DNA of 43,729 bases from Vezdaea acicularis. Lineage: Eukaryota. The stretch spans positions 1 to 43,729 of the forward strand of contig JAPEUI010000128.1 of NCBI GenBank assembly GCA_026025075.1, written 5' to 3'. The notes below the pieces were generated by a model. The model saw nothing but the letters and a program-made list of their open reading frames with translations, had not been told where the DNA came from and did no database searches. Each line of letters starts with the position of its first letter. The stretch's first letter is position 1. Made by a program: the position numbers and the translations under genes. This document shows, in pieces, positions 12,978 through 24,536 of this stretch.

Positions 12978-14309
12978 GCGGGGCGTTTGATAGAGTCCTT
13001 GCGCCGACGGTTGTGCCGCGATTCGACGGATAGGCGACGACAGAGTTGGATATCTCATGCAGGCTACACATACGAGCGACGAGCAGGCGCATCTGCTGCT
13101 GGGGACTGCTGCTTGGACTGCCGCCGCTTGGATTCGGGCATGCACCGCGGCTTTCCGCGCAGCCTTGCCCGCTTCGGGTGAAGCGCCTGGCCATGGGGCC
13201 CGGCACGACGATGGCGGAACGGCGGACTGGGTCGCTGGGGCCGCGGGAAGGATCGAGAGACACACCGTGACACCTAAGTGGCGCTGGACGGGCCTCCTCA
13301 TCTTGACTGGTGGGGCCGACGGGGGGATGATGGGGGACGGTGGAACTTCCTTTTCGTCCCCATTCGCACTGGCTCCTGTCTCTCTATTTTCCTGCCTCTT
13401 CTCTCAGTGTGGACAGTCTCTCCGGCAAAAGCATACTGGCGGCCCTCGCGTGTCATCGGTGAGAGAGAGGCGCGAGAGCGCGCGAGTGAAGCGGAAAAGG
13501 TCGACTGGTGCAGACGTCGCGGTCATTGACGTCGTCGCACATGATGTCGTCCGCCAAGCAGTCGCGAACTTCAGAAAAAGAAATTTTGTGTGCGGACGTC
13601 GCAGGCTTGCAGGCCGATCGCGGCCGTGGTTGGGTCGGAGGACGACCGCGTTGGGGTCGAATGGTGGTCAGGGAGGTCGTCGTGCGGTGACTTGTCGGTG
13701 GACAGTGTGCTGCCTCGTGGGCGGATGCGGGTGCTGGGGAGCAGAGTGGGCCGGTGAGCCAGTGAGCGAGTGTCGCAAATTGGCCATTTCGCCTCTCCCA
13801 ACTTGCCCACTCTCCCATCAGCTCAATTTGTCGGGTTTGGGGCTGGTGCCGAGCTACGCGTGCGACCCCGGTCCAGGCCATCGATTGGTATCCGCCACGA
13901 GGGGAGCGCCGGGCAGAGACTGGACAGAATGAGCGAGAGAATGACAGAAGGAGAGAGGGAGAGAGGCAGCGAGAGCGCGGAAGAAAAAGGCACGGACGAA
14001 CGCAGGCGCAGACCCACCGACCAGTAGCAGACCGCCTGGAAAGCCCTTTGGCCGCAGAGCCGTCGTTCGTCGCGTGCCCAGCGGCGTCTTTGCTCCTGTG
14101 CAGCACCGTCGGATGGAATGGGCAGAGTGGCGGATCAGAAAGTAATAATAAGTCGGTGGGGATGTTTGTGTGGGAGGAGGGAGAAGGGCAGAAGACAGAG
14201 AGGCCAAGAGGGGAGCTTGCCGGCAAGTGGTAAGGTTTAGCCTTCGATCGAAGCTCCGGCCCAGAAAAGCCAAAAAGTGCCAGTCCGTCCGTCCTCCCCG
14301 TCCCGCCGA

Positions 14310-14390
14310 GCCCTCTCACTCTCCCTCTCTCTCTCTCCCTCTCGCTCATTCTCCCACTCTCTCGGTCTTGACATCTCTCTCTCCCTTTTC
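14310..14390 (+). promoter_or_regulatory. CT-rich pyrimidine tract, probable core promoter/TSS region of the 15003 gene
   Basis: Long CT-rich tract upstream of a 5'-UTR intron; CT boxes commonly precede transcription starts in filamentous fungi. Confidence 0.5.
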
Positions 14391-14673
14391 CGTTTCGGTA
14401 GAAAGACCCACTGTGACCCTCCCCATATTTCCCGGGCAGCGAAGCACAGAGTACTTCTAATCACCTTCCGCCGTCCGCCACTCCCTCGCACCCGCCTGTC
14501 TCTGTTAACACACAACCCCCCCCCAACGGAACCCTCACCACCTTAACTCACCATCCTCGCCCTCTCGTCATTCTCGCCGTCGCCTGCTCTCTCTCCGCAC
14601 GACTGCATCTCTCGTCAATCCCCCCAGCCTCCAGGGTGTCGAGTGCGTTTCCTTCCACGAAAACCCTGTCACA

Positions 14674-14881
14674 GTAAGTTTGAATTTCTTCGGCTTTTGC
14701 CCGCGGAGTTGGTGCACCCAGATCATATCGGCTGCATATGCCTATGTTCGTCTACTCCAGTCTTCTCAACGCCATTCTGGATAGCCTCGGCTACTGAATG
14801 GGTGGATTGAGAGAATCGGGGGTACCGGTGACTTTGTTTCTTGCTGGAAGACATCTGACTGACATGTGTTGGCTCTATTAG
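14674..14881 (+). other. Probable 5'-UTR intron of the 15003 gene
   Basis: GTAAGT donor at 14674, CTGAC branch motifs near 14855-14863, TAG acceptor ending 14881, 121 nt before the ATG. Confidence 0.6.
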
Positions 14882-15002
14882 CTCTACTCCACACTCCTTT
14901 CCCAACTAGAACCGTCTCATCAATTCATTTACCGCTACTCAGACTTCCCATCTTTTACTGAGTTCTACTTTTTCGAACATCAGCATATATCATCTCGCAA
15001 GC

Positions 15003-16594
15003 ATGTCTCTGTACGAGAATCAAGCATGGTCGGCGTCTGGCCGACAGTCGACATGGGATCAAGCGCCTCCGCCGCGCACCTGTATGTGACGATCGAGAAA
15101 GGCACGCTGGAAATTCTGGCTAACAAGAACACAATAGCAACGGCATCGACAATCAATGAGGATTCGACGGCGTTTTCTGGACAATTTGAGGGTATGCTCT
15201 CTCGTATTTTCTACGTTCGCACTATCCCTGCTTCGATGCCCTGGGCTTGTACACCTCCCTAATCTGACGTGTCTCCGTTGGGACAATGACTTTCAAACAA
15301 TAATCATTGTTAGATGGTCTTTTCTAAAAATCCCCAATTCGCTAACTCATTCTTTAGAGGTGGATCGCGCTATCGACAACCTCGTCAAGAGCGGTAAGCT
15401 TTTTGGAGGGTTGGCTGGCCGAAGAGAGTCTCTACCGATGATGGGTGCTCCTCGTCAATTCAACGATTTTGGTATGCGGAACCCAACAACTCCTAGCTAT
15501 GGCTCTGACTAACCTGTTCACAGATCCACGCATGGGAGGAGGTATGCCACAACGCCATCACTCCGTCAGCGACTTCGATCCAACCCGCGCTCACCCTCCC
15601 GGGAATGCTCAAAACTTCTATGCGTCCCAACGTTTCCAGCCCCGTGCTCCTGAGCCGGAGCCGATGATGCAAGCAAAGCGTAGGATGGCAGCACAACGTG
15701 AGCGTGAGCTTCGAAATTACCACCAGGAGCAACAGTACAACCGAAGTGAGCCCACCGCGGATGCTGGTTTGAGCTCAATGTACTAACATTGTTGGCCCAT
15801 TAGACGTTGCCACCCATGGTCGACCCGAACGTAACATGAGTCCCGGATCGCTCAACGAAGAGGAGAGGCGTGACCTGATTGCTCGTCAGCGCAGTGCACT
15901 TTTCAGTAATGAGCCCGCTCCCTTTGGCGAAGCTGGTGGTTTTGGCGCAGAATCTCAGATGTCCCGCCCAACGCAGCCAGCCGGTCCTCAGACTTCCTCT
16001 GCTGGTGGCCGAGGCCATTCTCCTTTGACCTTTGATCCATTTGGATCCAATCAACCTCAAATGCCCAAAGACGGCCAAGCAGGCAACATCGAGCAGAACC
16101 CCAAAGCGGCCGGATCCGGGCCCTCCCCTGTTCAACACCAGCAGCGCTCCCGTGCAAACAGCACCTCATCCCCCGCCTCCAATCAGAATACGTTTAGTCT
16201 TTTCGACAACGCCGCCCAACACTCCAGCCGTACCTCCAACTCATCCCCAGGCGGTTCTTCCCCACCGAATGGCAACAAGGCCTCAGGCCCGTCCGGCACC
16301 TCTGGCGTAGCACCCATCGGCACCCGCCCTGCCGCGTCGCAAGCCGTCAACCCCGCCCTCAACAAACGCTCCACCACCCCACTCCCTTCGCCCCTGAGCT
16401 ACGGCTACTCCAACGATGACGCCAAAGCAGGCGAACGCTCTAACTCTGCGGCCTCAACCTCCAACAATAATAACAACAATACTGCACAAGAGCCTGCTAC
16501 TTCTTCGTCTGTTGGCCTCGGCTGGGGCAATAAGAATACTGGTGTCTGGGGTACCAAGAGCTCGCTCGGCATGCCAGCATCTGTTTGGGGTTAA
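15003..16594 (+). CDS. Conserved fungal hypothetical protein, largely disordered, 419 aa, 5 coding exons
   Basis: Exons 15003-15081, 15138-15191, 15358-15471, 15524-15745, 15804-16594 (1260 nt, in frame). Helical blocks FEEVDRAIDNLVKSGK, RRMAAQRERELRNYHQEQQYNR and EEERRDLIARQRSALF; C-terminus ASVWG. Confidence 0.85.
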
Positions 16595-17802
16595 GCCGCA
16601 TCTTCCCTTTCCAACATCTCGTCTCGTCGCGTCACGTCATTCAGTGCAACGCAGTGGCGGCGGCAGTGGTGGTCCTGGGATACATCGGAGCTAGCGGCGA
16701 TCACATCGCCTCGCTCTCCTGCATTGGGAACTGGTTGCGCTTTCGATACCATTTTTTGTTCACTTTCATGTCTTTGCCCGCATGGAAAAAGGGGAGCACA
16801 CAATATGAGCTTTGTAATCTGGTTTTTCTTTGCTCTCTTGGAGGCGCGTTTTCTCGGCTTGGCTGGGTTTGGCTTGGATGGACGGCTGACTGGCTGGCTC
16901 CTTACTGTCTTATTGCCCCTCGTCGTCCGGGGCGGAGTAGGAGAATTCGTCCCTTTTTGCCCCTTGGTCTGATGGAAAAGCTGGATTGGTCTGGAAGTGC
17001 GTGGCTGGCCTCTCGTTTTCTTGCTCGTACGGTCTCCCCCTTATCACCGGTGTGTTCGCTCTCTGCTCTTCGCTCGTTGCGTGTGCGGCTCGCTCAATCC
17101 TGGTCGGCGCATTCATTGCAAGGGTGTCGTTTTTTGTTTTGGGTGGGGCAAAACTTCTGCTAGGGACCGTCTCGGAGGGTTAGGGCACGTGGCCGGGGCT
17201 TGTCCTATGATCTCTTCGCTGCGCATTCCTCGGTTTTTCTGCTGGCTCGCGTTCCTTTTGGGGGGGTCTTACGGGTGTGTAATAAGGGCAGTTGCAGATG
17301 GGGGCATCAGATGGGGTTTGGCTGGGAATTTTTCGAGTGGAGTGGAGGGTAGTTAACGTGCACCGCGGCGGCGGGGCTCTTGTTTTTTTGTCCTTTTTGT
17401 TGTCCTTGTGTCGTTGGGCTGAGCATGGGGGATCCGGGGTTAATTTGTACATCGAGCACGGAGCACCAGCACAAAAGAAAAGTAATATTGCATTTAAAGT
17501 TCTGAGCTGCGTTTTGTGTGGTTTGTGTGTATTATGATTATCGTATTGTACGGTACTGTTTGTAGTGACTGGCGTCGAGGATGTGGATGTAGGGAATGAT
17601 TAAGAGACAGCTGTTCTAGGGAAAGTATCGAAGAATGGATGCTGAACCCGGCCGGCCTCTATGCTGCCTGAAAGCAACCCGCCATGCACCCTACCCAATA
17701 ATGAAATAACCCACCCCACCCCCTGGAAACCCATATCTACAACCATCCCCCCTTCTCTCCCCACCCCCTACCTCTCTCTCTCGCCTGCCTAACCCCGAAG
17801 CA

Positions 17803-19289
17803 TCACGGTCTCATCTCCGCCCAGATATAAGGGAAGAGCACCAGGCAAGCCTTCCAAAAGACCAAGACGGCGTCGCCGACGCGCAGCGGCCACTTCCAGA
17901 GCGATTCCTGCGCGAAGAGGAGGAAGATGCTATAGAGGGCGACAGCAAAGAAGTGATAGAAGAGGACGAGGGGTCTCCTGATGATGCCGGCGAGCAGGCC
18001 GACGGGGCCATCGACGCAGTTGCCGCCGAGCTGGAAGTAGCGAAAGCAGCCGAGCTGGAGGGTGCGGAGCTGGGGGTCGTTGGCGGCGAAGAGGGAGTAG
18101 AGGGCTTGCGCGAGGATGTTGATGACGGAGGCAAGGTGTTTGCGCTGCCAGTGGAAGGCGCGCATGGCGGAGCGCACGGCGGGGGTGGAGGAGAGCTGCG
18201 GGATGGCGGAGGGGGAGAGGAGGGTGGATAGTAGGACGACGTCGTTAAAGGCGACGGTCATCCCGCCGCCGGTGAGGGGGTGTCGCATGTTTAGGGCGTC
18301 GCCGAGGAGGATGAGGCCGGCGGTCTGTTGGGTGGAAGGGGGGAGGAAAGAGTTCGGCATGCTGCGCAGTCCGCCGGGCTTTGAGAGCGCGGCGGCGAAC
18401 GAGGGTTGTACCTCGGGCGGGAGGGAAGGCAAAACGGTGTACTCGAGGTGGGCTTTTATGCCGCCCATGGCGGGGCTGGCAGTTGGGGTGTTGGTTGGGA
18501 CGTCGATCAGGGCGCGCGTTTCGTGCGTGCCAATCTGGTAGAGCAGGACGGGGGCGCCGGAGCCGAGGACGACGTGGCCGTGGAGTGGGTGTGGTAGGGG
18601 ACAATCGACCAATTCAAGGCCGTAGAACTTAGAGGCTGTCTTGGGGACGTGCGGCGTGTAGGACGGGCGGAATTTGGAGGCGTAGCCATCGCAAATTATT
18701 GTGAGGTCGGCGAAGAAGCTTTCTTTCTTGCCTGCAGTGAGGGCTTCGACGCCGAGGACTTGGCCCTGGTAGCTGTCTTTCACGGTGCTGGTGACAGTGG
18801 TTTCGATCACGGTTACGTTTGGATTGCGCTTGGCAGCCTCACGCAGTCGGCCTATGAAGCGGCCGTGGTGGAATGACCGGCCTTCTGGTCGTTTTTGGTC
18901 CGTAGAGTTGGCGTTCTCGGGGTAGGGGATCTCGACTGGTTGGCCGTAGTAGATGACTTCATAACCTTGTACTCGGATTGCATCAATACCTTCGAGGCAG
19001 TCTGCGAGAGGGCATTTGTTAGCGCACCAGTTCAAACATGCCGAGAAAATGATGCTCGAAGGAGTCCGTTCATACCTCGCAGTCCTAACTTCTCCAATGC
19101 CGCCACACCGCCAGGTTGTAATAACTCCCCAACGATCCTATCCGGCTCCTTAAGACTCTTTTCCAGCAACAGGACACTCCTACCTTGATTCCCTAAGGCA
19201 ACAGCAATTGCACAACCCATTATGCCTGCGCCCACCACGACGACATCAGCCTCGTGGTGGACACGCCGTCGAATCTCATTGCTTTCCAT
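17803..19289 (-). CDS. ERG1: Squalene epoxidase (squalene monooxygenase), 470 aa, 2 exons
   Basis: Exons 19289-19076 and 19001-17803 (1413 nt). FAD motif VVVVGAGIMG, DRIVGELLQPGG, FHHGRF, GDALNMRHPLTGGGMTVA, and C-terminal membrane helices. Confidence 0.97.
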
Positions 19290-19652
19290 GGTTGTGAGGT
19301 GTAGCAATACAAAGAATACCCTTGTAGACTATATCGCTTCAGGAATCGTACCACTTTATATGCACGTGATAGCGGGTCGGGTTCGCGATATTTGGATAGC
19401 GCGTTCACCAGGCACCAAAGAGGCATTCACCCCCACCACTCGCTATGCGGTCTTTGCTTTCCTCGTACCTGATACAAAGTTCATGAATATGACAATCAAC
19501 CCCACTAAAAAACTTGCTCTTATGTAATGTGGCATGCGATTGACTAGGTTTGATACATAGTCGTCAGCTTTGGCGTAAACCCAGCGCTGTTATACCCTTC
19601 TGATTGATGATTTATGAGGCGCTGAGCTATACATTCGACGTGGTTAGGCGAA
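19290..19652. promoter_or_regulatory. Compact divergent promoter shared by ERG1 and KU70, with SRE/E-box-like motifs
   Basis: 363 bp between the two ATGs. TATAAA on the minus strand at ~19355-19360; ATCGTACCAC at 19345; ATCACGTG on the minus strand at 19363-19370; TCACCCCCAC at 19427. Confidence 0.55.
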
Positions 19653-21856
19653 ATGGCAGAGCTAGATCGAACGGACAGCCGGGAAGGAGGGGAAGACGAA
19701 GAAGATGTGGACGACTTCAATTACAAGACGGTCAAGGATGCGGTACTCTTCGCAATCGACGTGAGCCCTTCAATGCTCACTGTCCCTTCTAACTCCGGAT
19801 CTAAAAAGGCCGATCGAGATTCCCCAGCTTCAGCTGCACTGAAATGTGCCTATCACCTCATGCAGCAACGGATCATCTCGAATCCGAACGACATGATAGG
19901 GATTCTGCTCTTCGGAACAGAGCGGTCAAAAGTCCAGGAGGGCGATGACAATGCAAGCAAGGGTGGCTTAGCATACCCACACTGTTACCTTTTGACAGAT
20001 CTAGATATTCCAGATGCTTCAGGCGTGAAGGCACTCAAGTCGCTTGTGGAAGGGGACGAAGAAGCCTGGGAACTGCTCAAGCCATCAACAGAACCCGTCT
20101 CAATGACAAACGTCCTTTTCTGTGCTAACCAGGTATTTGCGAGAAGAGCGCCTAACTTCACGTCTCGCCGCCTTTTCCTTGTCACTGATAATGACGATCC
20201 TCATGCTACGGAAAAAGCATTAAGATCTGCGGCCGCAGTAAGGGCAAAAGATTTGTACGACTTGGGGGTGACTATCGAGCTATTCCCTATCTCCAGGCCT
20301 GAGCATGACTTTGACCGTAGCAAATTCTACAACGTCCGTAACTTCTTCTGATGTCTGCCTCCTTTGGCTAACATATACTAGGATATCATCTATCAAGCCT
20401 CTCCTACTGATCCCGAAGCACCTGCCCCAATATCTGGCGCTACTAAAGCTTCGAGTTCTGGAGATGGTATAGGGCTCTTGAAGTCGTTGTTATCATCAAT
20501 CAGGTCAAAAGCTGTGGTACGGAGGGCGCTGTTTTCAAACCTGCCATTTGAAATCGGACCTGACTTTAAGATTTCCGTTAAAGGATATATTCTCTTCAAG
20601 AGACAGGAACCTGCACGCAGTTGTTATATTTGGTTAAATGGGGAGAAGGCTCAGATAGCAAAGGGAATCAGTACTCAGACTGGGGGCGAAGATTCGCGTC
20701 CGATTGAAAAAGCCGAGGTCAAGAAGGCTTTTAAATTCGGAGGCGAGCATGTACTATTCACAAAAGAAGAAACGGCAGCATTGAGGAATTTTGGTGACCC
20801 AGTCATCCGTATCATTGGATTCAAGCCTATAGCCATGCTCCCTATCTGGGCGTCGTTGAAGCCTGCAACATTCATCTACCCTTCCGAAGAGGATTATGTT
20901 GGTTCGACAAGAGTCTTCTCGGCACTCCACCGAAAGCTGCTAAGAGACGAAAAGATGGGAGTCGCGTGGTTCATCGCTCGAAAAAACGCCGCTCCTGTCA
21001 TCGCAGCCATTTTACCAGGGGCTGAAAGGCTTGGCGAACAGGAAGAGCAGGTGATCCCGCCAGGGATGTGGATAATACCTATCCCCTACGCTGATGACAT
21101 TCGACAAAACCCTGAAACAACCCTGGTGCGGTCACCCGACTCACTTGTGGACATGATGAGGACAATCATCGGGCAACTACAGTTGCCGAAAGCACGATAC
21201 GCTCCAGAAAAATACTCAAACCCTGGTAGGTACATGTGTTTCAACAAGCCTCCTGGAGACATTTATTGACTTAAAAAGCACTCCAATGGCATTACCGAAT
21301 TTTGCAAGCGTTGGCTTTGGAGGAGGATCTCCCCGAAAAGCCAGAGGATAATACGATACCAAAGTATCGACAAATAGAGAAGGTAATATACATAACCATC
21401 TACCCTAGATACCAATGTTAATGAATCCAAAAGCGAGCGGGAGAGTATATCCTAGACTGGGGCCACGAACTTGAGACGCAGTATCGTGCGTGGCGAAAGT
21501 CGGCCGGTACGATGGGGCTTGGATCAAAAAGGGCTGCAGAGGTAATAGAAACAGCCAAGCTCTTGTGGTACTTACGTCGCTGACATTGTCTAGGATGAGA
21601 CGTTGAATTTACCTAAAAGGGCAAAGACAGCACCACATAGCCTGAAAGACCATGACATGCGAGATGTCTGGCAGAATCAACTGTTCGCGAAGGTGAGTTC
21701 CAACTACTGTTGCGCCTTGACTAAACTCTGAAACTAACGTCACAGATTAACGTGGCTCAGCTGAAGGAGTGGTTGGTCTCGAAAGGAATCGACACCGGTG
21801 CCAAGAAGAAGCCTGAACTTATTCAGGCTGTCGAGGAGTATTTTGAGAAAAAATGA
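19653..21856 (+). CDS. KU70: Ku70 non-homologous end-joining protein, 648 aa, 6 exons
   Basis: Exons 19653-20333, 20382-21225, 21279-21382, 21434-21541, 21594-21692, 21746-21856 (1947 nt). vWA domain ([13 protein letters not shown]), Ku core ([26 protein letters not shown]), [13 protein letters not shown], and a C-terminal SAP domain ([13 protein letters not shown]). Confidence 0.97.
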
Positions 21857-21905
21857 CTATGATTTTTCGTAACATTTCAAAGTCAAGACATTCATCGGTC
21901 TTTTG

Positions 21906-22300
21906 AAAAAAAATTCAAGACAGGAGCTTGATATGCCAGCAGCATCCATCGGAAAGGATTGCTGCATTCCTAAACCCGCATTCATCTCTCCGGAAGGAAT
22001 TACGCTGAAGTCTCCTATCAAAAATATTCAGCAGTAGCTTCTTCAGGCAACTCCTGTGGGATGCCTGTACATTCTCTTTCCCATTGGCAAGCCTCGGGAG
22101 CTTAAGCGCATAGAATGACCTGGGCTTTTCCAATCTCCTAGTCAGACTTGGCGTTGAAACTTGATGATCATTGCTAAATGATCCAGTTTCTCTTGGCTGC
22201 ACTGCCGGGAACTTGCCTAGGGTTGTCTCGCCAAGCACAGCTAGATCGACGAGACGTCGCTTCGCTTTCGCACCATCTTATACTGGTCCAAGCTCCTCCC
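21906..22300 (-). ncRNA. Candidate structured non-coding RNA, family unassigned
   Basis: Closing stem AGGAGCTTG/CAAGCTCCT (21922-21930 with 22289-22297) encloses about 8 nested helices. TATATAA on the minus strand at 22355-22361; T8 tract right after the 3' arm. Confidence 0.4.
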
Positions 22301-23538
22301 GATCTCTGGTCGATTGCCGATAGGGGCGCAGTGTGGCAGCGGTTTCAAACGCCCTTATATACCCTTTTTGGGGAAAGGCTGTGAAATGTACCTGATTACG
22401 GCTTCAAACACATAACGTACATGTGCCTGTATTGGAAATATCACTTCAAGAGTGAACCGCACTCTCCATCTTAGGATATTGCGCTACATTGTCTTAAGTA
22501 GCGATATCCGCTTTCTGGGATAGCCTAGCTAAGATGGCTTCCTGGTTGTAGTTTGCATGCGCAGAATACGAGACCCGTAACTATCGCAAATCCTTTTGGA
22601 GTAATTTTCAGCACTGATGAAATAGTTCCTCTCGAACGCCTTGCGGGCACGTTTCGACTGGGGTTTCAATCCTTCCATCGTGGGGAAGCGAGAAAAGATC
22701 TATCTCTCTACCTTCAGCCCATCGTATTTTGCGAAACCGCGTAGCCACGCCGCGGCTCGCTGCTCGTACCATCGCGTTTCGCGATGATACACCTCGGTTT
22801 ATTTCGTCTTGCGGTTTCTCGGTTTCGTTGACAGAAATGCAGGCGCATGCAACGGGCACTTTCCCCTTTTCGGATTTTGACACGGGTCACAGTTCACCAA
22901 GCCTCCTTGACGTCTTGGTGCCTGCTGCGCACATCTCATAGGCCCTTCTCCTATCCACCCTTCTGATCAGGGCATCAGCCAAATCTCCAAACCCTTGGCG
23001 TATCATCGAGCAATCATGAGGTACAACCCCATACTGGGCGCATACTCGAGATGGGGCTTTTCGCGGCGCATGCGACTCGAGTTGCACTGAGAACCACTTT
23101 CAACCAAGCCAAGTCCGGAGTTTCACTGGCCTTGTAACCTGCCTTGCCTAGAAGCTAAGATATGGAATGTCGATCCTTGCATCTGGGGTAGATCAGCCCT
23201 CGTGATCATTGATTGCGAACGGCCTTTCGCTGGGGTCAACCGTGGGGCGGTGTAGCTGCAAGTGCGCGCGTATCACAACGTGTCTGACGATCCTCATCGA
23301 GACTCAGGAATGGCTTCAGCACAGCACAGTATAGGGGACGGTGTATAAAGTCCCGCCATTCCCCAGAGGTCAATCCATTTTGCCCATCACAACATCTGTT
23401 CTCTTCGCAGCGCCTGGTTTCGTGCAATCATTCTTTACTGCTGGTCTACTAGTTTCTGAATTAACTTCAATTCTACAATTACTTTTACATCCTTAAGCCT
23501 GGTGCTTTACCTGTTTATAAATCATTTCACCGTACATC

Positions 23539-24255
23539 ATGCAGTTCACTCTCCTAACCATCGCGCTGCTCGTCGCCAACGTGTTGGCTGGCCCAATTGC
23601 GGCTCGTCCAGCTTCAACCCTGGACAGTATGCGCCCACCAGCCCAGTACCCTAATACCATTCCAGATTGCTGACGCAAGATCCTGTCCAGAACGTCAAGG
23701 CGGAGCCACCACGTGGCAATCGGAACAATGCCAAGTGCGTAAGCAATACTGGAAAGCCCTCGGCGCAACCGATATCGATATCGCCGTCACCGTTCAGGAG
23801 ACAGGTGACCAGATGAGCTCGAACTACCCGTACGGAGACAACAAGAGCGGCGACTCCGCCTGCTTTGGCCCGTTCAAGAACAACTGGTTTATGATCCGTA
23901 CCGCCTGCTCGGCCTTCAACTCGAAGGGTTATACCTCGGATGACTATGGCCAAGGAGCGCAGTTGAACTCGAATGACCGACTAGCTTTGCAGTGCTGGCA
24001 TGAGGCGCAGGGCCACTGGAGCAGCTGGTCTGGCCAGGCACTTAGCGTCAATTTGTAAGTCTGATCTGATATCTCAAGATATCTTTTGAGCTCGTCTAAT
24101 AATGGTGCATGGTTAGTGATGGCTTTTCGGGTACCAATGCGCCGACGTCTTACGGCGAACAGTATCTGAGCAATGTTGGCGCTGCCGCAAATTACTATCA
24201 GAGCGGTCATGATTCTGATGGCTATTGCCAGTCTCACTCGATGGCACCACACTGA
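23539..24255 (+). CDS. Secreted GH134-like protein (beta-1,4-mannanase family, lysozyme-like fold), divergent, 196 aa, 3 exons
   Basis: Exons 23539-23626, 23691-24054, 24117-24255 (591 nt). Signal peptide MQFTLLTIALLVANVLA; splicing creates a Kex2 site (LDKR/Q). RKQ..G...DIAV..QET..M..YPYGDNKSGDSACFGPFKNNWFMIR and G..GAQLNS match recalled GH134 motifs. Confidence 0.82.
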
Positions 24256-24536
24256 ATCCCACCAGTTATCTGCTCTGGAAATTATCTTTCCCATGATTAA
24301 GCATACTTCCCCGTCTTCTGTCTTTCCTTTTCTGTTGGTATAGGGCATAGCGCTTGGCGAAGCATGGAGGGCTGCTGGACGGTCTTCGCATCACGGTAGT
24401 TACCTTCACTTCTCAAGAGACGTGCTAGCGTCTCTCTGTATTATATTATCGTTATGCATGATGCCTGGAGCCTGTACTCAATAGCCGCACCTCATGGCCG
24501 GATCCCCATAACATGACATAAGAAATGAGTCATTCT

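Noticed and set aside
13057..14349. Long ORFs 13057-13932 (+) and 13453-14349 (-)
   Set aside because: No recognisable domain; R/S/P/G-rich translations typical of GC-rich non-coding DNA that spans microsatellite-like tracts.
17811..18876. Numerous antisense and alternate-frame ORFs over ERG1 (similar ones over PARP, cutA and the SYLF gene)
   Set aside because: Shadow ORFs caused by high third-position GC in the real genes.
22217..22224. AACCCTA (minus strand) inside the candidate ncRNA as a telomerase template
   Set aside because: Only 7 nt of telomeric permutation with no evident U-rich pseudoknot; known filamentous-fungal telomerase RNAs are far longer.
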